DNA of 64,000 bases from NCBI GenBank assembly GCA_002010065.2, contig MTMD02000014.1, positions 64,001 through 128,000 of the forward strand, read 5' to 3'. This DNA comes from Candidatus Pyrohabitans jungbluthii (GTDB lineage: Archaea > Hydrothermarchaeota > Hydrothermarchaeia > Hydrothermarchaeales > BMS3B). The translations under genes were made by a program, and so were the position numbers. A model generated the notes under the pieces. That model saw only the letters and a program-made list of their open reading frames with translations. It searched no databases and was not told the origin of the DNA. Below are positions 10,901-17,863 of the stretch, piece by piece; position 1 is the first letter of the stretch, and every line of letters starts with the position of its first letter.

Positions 10901-11003
10901 TCTCCCTCTCTAACGCCTGCGCTGGCACAAAGCGCCAGCCCTCTTCCACGAGTTTTTCAATGATGTAGTCCTCGACGGCGCTCTTCTCGGTGAAGGTGGG
11001 CAT
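7947..11003 (-). CDS. hsdR: type I restriction endonuclease subunit R
   Basis: ADLVLYVNG..IECK nuclease motif, QxxxY, QGSGKT, DEGHR, FTGTP, LLTGFD, ARTNR. Confidence 0.97.
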   Translation of the reverse strand: MPTFTEKSAVEDYIIEKLVEEGWRFVPAQALERESLAEPLLERSLASALRRINGEKLTEGDINRILVELKSLPASIHGTRQFLRFFRRGVGIKLEKSRELMLARLVDLEDIAKNEFVVSRQVSFEGAAERIRADLVLYVNGMPLVLIECKNPADASVSWRDAYRQVKEYESTVPELFKYVQFSIAAEQEARYFPNVREADEVSIYRWRAGELDELEATLEMLRRRTLLDILANFTFVREERGRITKVLPRYMQYEAANMIYERVLRNLRGEDQRNHGLVWHWQGSGKTLTMIFAALKLYRHRSLENPTIFFVVDRVELQEQLRQEFSALDVEIKPEVIDSIAKLREVLSHDSGRGKRGIFITLIHKFQPKELEELARELEAQGLGETIATRKNVIAFIDEGHRTQYGLLASQMKNILRNAFFFAFTGTPISKKGRDTFLEFAYPDKGELYLHKYFVLDSLKDGFTLPIVFQTRMESDIVLRKNLLRAFLEYEEEEIPEELKEEVEKKISRKLDKIKVVLSNPRRIKRVASDIAEHFLREVDGKFKAMVVAVNRASCVHYKRELDTLLPKGYVEVVMTYNRVEKEKIISDYLKELRERFPGKDVGEIKEEIVEKFKNGKLPKILVVTDMLLTGFDAPVLQVMYLDKPLKGHRLLQSVARTNRPYRSVKEAGLIIDYVGILAEFEKALEDYEKQDVEGVLISIDEKAQEFVTLLGDTEEIFQGIDKGKDDRATLMSAVKLLAKDEKKAKLFLKNYRKLRNLFEFLGSHPVKAQHASRFGWLTQVYIAYSRYAKRRDPSEEAEYPEQEPKALVVREKVEEYYPKTLEAIHRSIEVDRIKEEFPILRLDEDYLEKLSKAYGDAEAKIYDMIFTLNRYVLVDKASNPVYEPIAERVERIIKKWKQRKLAIEEAYSQLEKEVKNLIELEERKKRLKLSEHEYLMLVVLEERLSKAEELIQDVKGFVQQLVEKGKLFQGWSRKSTTKKEVGRELMRFLRRFKDKLSFEDRKEIHEKIMQGFEELD

Positions 11004-11976
11004 TTTTAGTCACTCTTTTTAGATGTTTTTCTAATTCTACATCAAAATTTTTGATTATATTACCTAAAATTATAAATATTTTGTCTAAAGAATCTACTAT
11101 GCCAAGTCCTGGCTTATAATCTGTTGGCTTAAGTTTTCCATCTGGATACCTCGTATATGAAAAATGTGGATAAGTAATTACAGATAATATAAAAATACAA
11201 CCAGAAATTCCAAAGAGTTTAATTATTTTATCTATATTTTCATGAGTATAAGTTAAATTTCTGTCTATAGAATTCAATTCATGTTCGGGTAAATTTACCT
11301 TTTTTAGATTTTTAAGTAAATCTATTTTGAATTTTTTTATAGTTTTGCGGAGCTGTCTTATATCCACATTTTTATCAATTTTAATGAATTTTTTACATAA
11401 CTCTAAATAAACATAAATTTCATTTTTATCCATTTTTGCTAATCGTTCTGGTTTACGTTCTATGTATTTTTTTAGTTTATCTATATCAGATTTATTAATT
11501 TTCTTTTTCAAATAATTGCATTTATTCAAACAATCAATTACCTTTTCCATATTATTAAGAAATATAAAAAATGTTCTCGGCGTAATATGGCTGATAGTTT
11601 TATTTTCATCATTCTTCCTAAATAATTTGGTTAATAAACCACCTTTTATTTCTTTTTTCCTGCCGTATAAGTCATTCTTTTTGATGATGCCTAAATATAG
11701 GCCATATCCTTTGGAAATTTTCTCTACAGCTTGCTGTAAATGATATACTGACAATGACCAAATTTTTTCTTTACTTAATAATTTTGCTGCTTTATAATCC
11801 TCTTTTGCACAATATAAAAGAGAAGAAATATATTCTGCATTTCTAATATGTGTTTGGTTATGAATATATTTTTCAAGGTATTGATATAGCTCTAACACGT
11901 CTTTTAAACTAATATTTAGGCCGGCAGTTTTATTTGCAGTATTAATCGCAACTTGAATAGCCTTAATATTTGTCAA
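10957..11976 (-). CDS. expanded HEPN-domain protein
   Basis: AKEDYKAA...YHLQQAVEKISKG N-terminal HEPN signature, His130, C-terminal TRYP; very AT-rich; TTG start overlaps hsdS stop. Confidence 0.7.
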   Translation of the reverse strand: MTNIKAIQVAINTANKTAGLNISLKDVLELYQYLEKYIHNQTHIRNAEYISSLLYCAKEDYKAAKLLSKEKIWSLSVYHLQQAVEKISKGYGLYLGIIKKNDLYGRKKEIKGGLLTKLFRKNDENKTISHITPRTFFIFLNNMEKVIDCLNKCNYLKKKINKSDIDKLKKYIERKPERLAKMDKNEIYVYLELCKKFIKIDKNVDIRQLRKTIKKFKIDLLKNLKKVNLPEHELNSIDRNLTYTHENIDKIIKLFGISGCIFILSVITYPHFSYTRYPDGKLKPTDYKPGLGIVDSLDKIFIILGNIIKNFDVELEKHLKRVTKNAHLHREERRRGLHH

Positions 11977-13736
11977 ATTTTCACCCTCCTTCTCCCTGTG
12001 AGCAAATCATTCATCAACCCCTTCTTAATCCTCTCTAGCTTCTCCTTTCGCTTCTTCTCCAGCTCCAGTTTTTTGTCCATTGTGCTCAGGATTTCGGCGA
12101 TTTTTTGTTGTTCGGGAAGGGGTGGAAGTGGGATTTTAAAATTCTTTATAATTCTAACATTTAATTGTGGCTGAGCAGTACCATACGCAATCCTCTTAAT
12201 TTGAGTTTTAAGAAAAGGTGTTCTAAAAAGTAAACATAGGAATTTGTTATCAATATTTTTATTTTTGTTTCTAAGGATGACCATTCCTGAGTTTATTCGT
12301 ATGTGTTCATAGGGCACATTATCATCATAATATCCAACATTTCCAATTGTTCCACGAGTGGTTAAAACAATATCGTATCTTTTCAATTTTCCCTTGCCCA
12401 TTTTAGAATCTTTTTCTTTAGAAATGAATTGAGTTTCTGTAAATTTAAATCCACTTTCGGTAACATTTTTTGCATTTAAAAAGAGACAAAATCCTTTATT
12501 CGAAAAATCTGATTGTTTAGGATAATTCACTCCCCTATCTCCATCTATTACTTCTATATTGGCATGTACTAGCCTAACCACCTCCCATTCCTCTGGAATC
12601 CTACCAATCTCGGAATCCTTAAATTTTCTATATTCTCCCTTCAAAAATTGCTCAAATGTTATGGCATGTCCACCAAATTCAGTGGTTACTAATCTCAGAT
12701 TTTTGTCATTGCTTACAAGAATTAGATTATTTTTAATGGAAGTTTCGGCTATTAGTGCATCTCTTATTTGATTTTCTTTTGTTTTTTTTCCAGTTTTTTC
12801 ATCTAATTCTTGAAGCTTCAATAATATTCTATCATATAAATCTCCTTCACCAAATTTTGAATTATCCCATCTAGAAATGTCGAAAACTGTTGTTTCTGTC
12901 AGAATTACGTTTTGTTCTAATTTTTTAAAAATTTCTAAAAGATTGCTTCTTCTTTCTAATTTCTCAGTTTTTTTAATGTTTTCAATTTCATCTTTTTGAA
13001 TGTGTGTAATGTAATAGTTATATTTGGTAGGGAGTTGATCCACACTTATTTTACCGTCTAATATGGCATCAAATATATTAGTATCAAACATAAAACCATT
13101 AATAATTCCTTTTGTCAAAAGCTCCTGCATCAAGCCCCTCTTCAGCCTCTCAGTCTTGGCTATGACGGCGCTGACTTTCTGGATGGCATTGTCCACCGTG
13201 CTTAAGATTTCGGCGATTTTGTGTTGTTCTGGGAGTGGTGGAAGGGGGATTAGGAGATTTTCTAGGTTTTTTCTACTAATTCTTGACCTTGTTGCCCCTG
13301 CTGATAATCTCATTGCTTCTGCTAATATCTTGGGACTATTTAAAATATATACTAGGAATCTTTTATCTACTCTTTTTTTATTTACTTTAAGTATTGTAAT
13401 ATCTACAGCAACAATATAAGGATAGGGAAGTTCTGGAGCAATGCATGCTCTCCCTATTGGTTCAGGCATTCTTGAAATTAAAATATCCTCTTTTGGTCGC
13501 ACAAAAGTACAACTTAGTTTTTTTGCTGAATCATATGAAATAAATCTATTTGATTTATCTAAAAATCTACCTATTCCAATATCCCCAACTTGTAAGAGTC
13601 TAACACCCTCAGAAGTATAATATTTTTTAAGTATCCAATCACCATCTTTTAACTTTCCAATTTCCTTATCCCCAAGCCTCATAACCTCCCAATCCTCTGG
13701 GATTTCTCCGATTGGGGTTTGCTTAAATTTTGTCAT
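11973..13736 (-). CDS. hsdS: type I R-M specificity subunit with internal PIN-domain insertion
   Basis: Two IPxxWEV...IPLPPLPEQxKIAEILS repeats (two TRDs); ~155-aa insert aa 212-366 with DTN, E, D-A-L-I-A, S-N-D PIN motifs. Confidence 0.93.
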   Translation of the reverse strand: MTKFKQTPIGEIPEDWEVMRLGDKEIGKLKDGDWILKKYYTSEGVRLLQVGDIGIGRFLDKSNRFISYDSAKKLSCTFVRPKEDILISRMPEPIGRACIAPELPYPYIVAVDITILKVNKKRVDKRFLVYILNSPKILAEAMRLSAGATRSRISRKNLENLLIPLPPLPEQHKIAEILSTVDNAIQKVSAVIAKTERLKRGLMQELLTKGIINGFMFDTNIFDAILDGKISVDQLPTKYNYYITHIQKDEIENIKKTEKLERRSNLLEIFKKLEQNVILTETTVFDISRWDNSKFGEGDLYDRILLKLQELDEKTGKKTKENQIRDALIAETSIKNNLILVSNDKNLRLVTTEFGGHAITFEQFLKGEYRKFKDSEIGRIPEEWEVVRLVHANIEVIDGDRGVNYPKQSDFSNKGFCLFLNAKNVTESGFKFTETQFISKEKDSKMGKGKLKRYDIVLTTRGTIGNVGYYDDNVPYEHIRINSGMVILRNKNKNIDNKFLCLLFRTPFLKTQIKRIAYGTAQPQLNVRIIKNFKIPLPPLPEQQKIAEILSTMDKKLELEKKRKEKLERIKKGLMNDLLTGRRRVKI

Positions 13737-14686
13737 CTTAAAAGCCTCCGGCTCAATTTTTCACATATCTGATAAAGTTGTGGTATCTTCTCCATGACTG
13801 AGGGTACAATCACACCAAAACAAAAGCCAACATAATGTGCCAATATGTTAATCAAGTTGGTACCTCTTCGTATTTCAGAAGGTATTAGATTTGGTAGGGA
13901 AAATAGATAAACTATAGCTATTACAAAAACTCCCACTCTATAAGATAAAATAGGCGGGTGATTAACAAGCTCTTTTAGTTTTTTGAGATAGTGAATAGAT
14001 ATTTTTTGCATGGTTTTAAGATTGATTAAAAGAAACACAATTGAAATAACAGCCAATAGTACTTTTATATGTATTGGTGTGCCTAAATTAATAATTCCCA
14101 CTATTGAGAGATTTACAAGGATAAGAAAGCTAAAAAATTCTGCTTTTACTGAGAGAGTTGATACCTTCTTTAAATAATTATAGACTGCAAAAATAAAATA
14201 ACCTATCAAACCAGAAACAATTGCAGAAAAACCACTTATTTTGGGGATGTTTGGCGTAAAAATAATGTTACTTAAAGAAGATACAAAAGGTAAAATAATA
14301 AAAATTAAAAATGATGATACATAAAAGATTTTCTTATTTGTCTCAACATTGAATATCAAAAAGATTATAAGAAAATATGTGATTATGTTGCTTAAAAAAT
14401 GTTTATACTCTAAATGGGTGTAATGGGAGAGGAACATAGTTAATATCGTTGGGTTTGAGACTATTAAGGTAAAAGATTCCTTCATATCTGGAGGTAATGA
14501 ATATATTAATACGAGGATTCCAGGCAAGATCAAGAAGAAAAGCAAAAAGTCATACAGATTCCAGATAACCAGGACTGGATTAAGTTTTATCACTTTTTCA
14601 ATACATTTCCTTTTGACCAAATAATCTCCAAAAACGCCAAGTAATTGCCAAATAATTGCCAAGTTATTTGAGGACATAGTGGACAC
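13733..14686 (-). CDS. rhomboid-family intramembrane serine protease (exact start uncertain)
   Basis: Multiple TM helices; HxxxxHxxxN (THLEYKHFLSN), GFSA catalytic Ser, AHYVG catalytic His; AT-rich; ATGA overlap with hsdS. Confidence 0.75.
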   Translation of the reverse strand: MSTMSSNNLAIIWQLLGVFGDYLVKRKCIEKVIKLNPVLVIWNLYDFLLFFLILPGILVLIYSLPPDMKESFTLIVSNPTILTMFLSHYTHLEYKHFLSNIITYFLIIFLIFNVETNKKIFYVSSFLIFIILPFVSSLSNIIFTPNIPKISGFSAIVSGLIGYFIFAVYNYLKKVSTLSVKAEFFSFLILVNLSIVGIINLGTPIHIKVLLAVISIVFLLINLKTMQKISIHYLKKLKELVNHPPILSYRVGVFVIAIVYLFSLPNLIPSEIRRGTNLINILAHYVGFCFGVIVPSVMEKIPQLYQICEKLSRRLLR

Positions 14687-16016
14687 CTCGTCCCTTCCCT
14701 CTTACCTGAAGAATGCCCTTTGCGACCAGCTCATTCAAATCAAGCCTGGCGCCTTCATCTGAGAGTCCAGAGAGTTCTCTATATTCCCTATTCGTAATCC
14801 TCCCCTTCTCCTTTACGTACATCACCGCCTTGATCTGCCTTTCATTCAATCCCAGGCTGCGGAGGTATTCTTCTGTGTAGATGTCCTTTCTGAAGATCAC
14901 CCAGAAGCCCCGGCGCTCCTCAAACTCGGGCTCAGGAAGCGATGCGCTGAGGCAGGCTTTTCTCATCTTGTCTATGCCGGAGCCCCACTGTTCGATTAGC
15001 CCCATGTCGTAGAAGACTCCTGCGATGCCCTTGTTTCTGAGTACTGAGGAGTGGGGTTTGTAGAGGTCTTCGATGGTGATGCCGTAGGGTAAGCCTCCAG
15101 GGCTCCACACTACAAGCCTGTCGTCGTATATCCTGATTTCAACGCTGGCAGGGATGGTGTAGTCCCTGTGGCAGACGGCGTTGATAACCGCCTCCCTCAA
15201 AGCTTCCAGAGGATATTCCCAGACCTCCTCCCTCTGGGGTTCGCCTGTCATCACAAAGCTTACGCTGATGTGCTTGCGAATAAAGTCCATTGCTTCGTCC
15301 ACCTGCTCAATTACTGTGCCGCCTATCATGCGGTCGTCGATTATCGTGGTTTCTCCTCTGAACCTGCCGCAGTGCACCGTCGCTTGAGAGAGAATACGCT
15401 GAGGTTCTCTGCCGAAGAGAAGCAAAGCCGCCCAGGTGGGCTGATTGTCTTTTATCAGGTCTAACTTTTCAAGAACCTGAAGGTGGTCTTCGTCCTCGGA
15501 GATATTCCTCCTTCCTGCGCTGTTGGCTCTCTTTATATATCTTTTTACCTTCTCGGGGTCTATATCCTCCAAGGTTGCGTCCCTCGCTGGGAGCTTGTCC
15601 CAGCTCATCCCAGCGGAGGCGAAATGCACCTGGGCAATCTCCTGGGGCTGCATAGCTCTGTTGCTGTTTCCCACCCTTCTGTAACATCTTCCTCGCACAG
15701 ATACCGGCTTGATTGGAAACTCTTTAATCGTTATAACAACAACCTTTTTCCCATCTGCCTCCTCAAGCTCAACCTCAGGGATAACTCTCGGCTCTGTGCT
15801 CTGAGAAATCTGATTTGCCCACTCTCGCAGAGTTTCTTTTCCGATATCCACGCCCTTAATCTCGCCGCTGTCGGAGACGCCTATGATTATTGCCCCACCC
15901 CTTGTGTTGGCAAAGGCTCCGGCGGTGACGATTACCTCCCTGTTGAAGTATTCCTTAAATTCGACGGTATCTGACTCTCCTTTACTTATTAGTTCATTTA
16001 AATCCACCATCACCAT
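14664..16016 (-). CDS. Schlafen/AlbA_2 + HATPase_c_4 + wHTH protein (RecG_C/divergent AAA family)
   Basis: GESDTVEFKE, AFANTRGG.IIIGVSDSG, REAVINAVCHRDY, SPGGL, RN..IA, GSG, C-terminal HTH. Confidence 0.88.
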   Translation of the reverse strand: MVMVDLNELISKGESDTVEFKEYFNREVIVTAGAFANTRGGAIIIGVSDSGEIKGVDIGKETLREWANQISQSTEPRVIPEVELEEADGKKVVVITIKEFPIKPVSVRGRCYRRVGNSNRAMQPQEIAQVHFASAGMSWDKLPARDATLEDIDPEKVKRYIKRANSAGRRNISEDEDHLQVLEKLDLIKDNQPTWAALLLFGREPQRILSQATVHCGRFRGETTIIDDRMIGGTVIEQVDEAMDFIRKHISVSFVMTGEPQREEVWEYPLEALREAVINAVCHRDYTIPASVEIRIYDDRLVVWSPGGLPYGITIEDLYKPHSSVLRNKGIAGVFYDMGLIEQWGSGIDKMRKACLSASLPEPEFEERRGFWVIFRKDIYTEEYLRSLGLNERQIKAVMYVKEKGRITNREYRELSGLSDEGARLDLNELVAKGILQVRGKGRGVHYVLK

Positions 16017-17784
16017 TAAACCCCAGCTCCGCCAGATAATCCTCAATCTTCTCCTCTACGCTGGCGATCTCCCTCTCTATAGCCCTGAGCTCTTCCCACT
16101 CCTTGGCTACGTCTATCTCCTCAAGCTCCTCCTGCGGGAAGACGTAGAGGGTGACGTTGAGGTTGAAATCGTTCACTTTAATCTCATCAAGGCTCACAAC
16201 CCTTGAAAATCCGTCCCCGTCCTTGAATTCTCTATATGCCTGGGCTATCTTTGAGATGTGCTCCTCGCTGAGGCGGTTGAGCTTCCTCACCTCGGGGTGC
16301 TGCTCGTACTCCTGAGAGGCGTTGATGAATAGCACCTTACCCCTTCGCTCTTCAGGCTTGTTCTTGTTGAAGATAAGCACAGCGCCTGGTGCACCAGTGT
16401 TGTAAAACAGCTTCTCAGGGAGCAGAATCACACACTCTACTAAGTCTTCCTCCAGCGCCCTCTGCCTTATGGCTCGCTCTTTGCCTCCGCGGAATAGGCA
16501 ACCGTTGTCAATAACCACGCCTACCCTACCCTTTTCGTCATCTGCGCTCGCCAGCATGTGCTGAATCCATGCCCAGTCTGCTGACTGCTTCGGGGTAAAG
16601 CCGTACTTGTACCTCTCCCTCCAGAAGTCCGCCTTTTTTAAAACGCTCTCGTCGTAACCGTCCTGATTCCATGGGGGATTTGCTATAACCACGTGGAATT
16701 TCTTAAACATGCTGTCCTGGAGAAACTTTGGATAGATCAGGGTATCACCCTGCCTAAGCTCTGCATCCCTAATATCGTGAATGTAGAGGTTCATCTTGCA
16801 CAGCGCCAAGGTAGTGGCGTTGGCTTCCTGACCGTAGAGGAAGAGCCTCTTTGCCTCCTCTGGACCGTGCTTCTCCTTAACGTGGTTGTAGGCGAGGATG
16901 AGCATGCCTCCAGAGCCACAGGCTGGATCATAAACTTCCTCTCCCGGCTTGGGATCGAGAATCTCAACCAGTAGCTTTATAACCTCCCGTGGGGTATATA
17001 CCTCGCCCTCCTTTGCCTTCTGCGGTGCAAAATAGCGCAGAACCCATTCGTAGGCGTCGCCTAAAATATCCGGCGAAACATGGTGGAGTTTTCTGGCGCT
17101 GAATAGCTCAACAAGCTGCCTGAGAATCTCAAAGTTCTCAGTGCTGCTGGTGAACTGAAGAAAGTCTGCCCTGTCAACGACGTCTTTAAGCTCCGGGTTG
17201 CGCTCAGCGATAACCTTAAGCGCCTGGGAAAGCTTCACAGGTAGCTGGTTCACATCCCTTCTGATATTCTCCCACAGGTACTCCTGGGGTATATCAAAAT
17301 CGTGGTAATACTTGCTCTTCGCCTCCTCCCTCGCCTCTTCTTCGGTTAAACCATCGGCAAGAGCTTCCCTGTAAGCCCGCTCGTACTCCAGCTCCCACTT
17401 GTCGCTTATCCTCTTGAGGAAGAGGAGAATGAGGATAAACTTGTAGTCCACCCTGGTTCTTATTAAATCTGCCGCCTTCTTTAGAAGACTCTCCAGCTCC
17501 TCACGGGTTAGCTTCTCTCCGGGGGAAAGTCCCTCTCTGATTATGTCCCTCTTGCTCTTCAAGATATACACCCGCCTTCTGGCGTCGGCTTCGTCTATTC
17601 TCGCTTCAAGCCAGCCCGCTTTCCTAAGCTCTGAGAGGATTACGTTAATGTTATTCTTAGGGTCTTTAAACCTCTCCCTCAATACCCGGTAGGCATCTTC
17701 TCTTGTAAAAGCTTTTTCTTGGAACACTTCAAAAAGGGCTTCGTGCCTTACTTCGAGCCACCTGGGGAGTGTAATTTCACCCAT
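15994..17784 (-). CDS. hsdM: type I R-M m6A methyltransferase subunit with N-terminal winged-helix extension
   Basis: GEVYTPREV, DPACGSGG (motif I), ANPPW (motif IV), LFYNT. Confidence 0.96.
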   Translation of the reverse strand: MGEITLPRWLEVRHEALFEVFQEKAFTREDAYRVLRERFKDPKNNINVILSELRKAGWLEARIDEADARRRVYILKSKRDIIREGLSPGEKLTREELESLLKKAADLIRTRVDYKFILILLFLKRISDKWELEYERAYREALADGLTEEEAREEAKSKYYHDFDIPQEYLWENIRRDVNQLPVKLSQALKVIAERNPELKDVVDRADFLQFTSSTENFEILRQLVELFSARKLHHVSPDILGDAYEWVLRYFAPQKAKEGEVYTPREVIKLLVEILDPKPGEEVYDPACGSGGMLILAYNHVKEKHGPEEAKRLFLYGQEANATTLALCKMNLYIHDIRDAELRQGDTLIYPKFLQDSMFKKFHVVIANPPWNQDGYDESVLKKADFWRERYKYGFTPKQSADWAWIQHMLASADDEKGRVGVVIDNGCLFRGGKERAIRQRALEEDLVECVILLPEKLFYNTGAPGAVLIFNKNKPEERRGKVLFINASQEYEQHPEVRKLNRLSEEHISKIAQAYREFKDGDGFSRVVSLDEIKVNDFNLNVTLYVFPQEELEEIDVAKEWEELRAIEREIASVEEKIEDYLAELGFNGDGGFK

Positions 17785-17806
17785 ATTCTTATCGTGAAAG
17801 AAGAAG

Positions 17807-17815
17807 TATAAAAAA
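17807..17815 (-). promoter_or_regulatory. TATA box of the hsdM operon (probably leaderless)
   Basis: TTTTTTATA on minus strand 23-31 nt upstream of hsdM ATG; no RBS. Confidence 0.5.
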
Positions 17816-17863
17816 GTTACTATTTTATGAGCTAATTATATAAGCTTAATTGTATTGAACTTA

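Noticed and set aside
12639-13103. HsdS insert as an intein or a third TRD
   Set aside because: No C/S...HN splice motifs and no TRD features; the acidic-residue pattern matches PIN.
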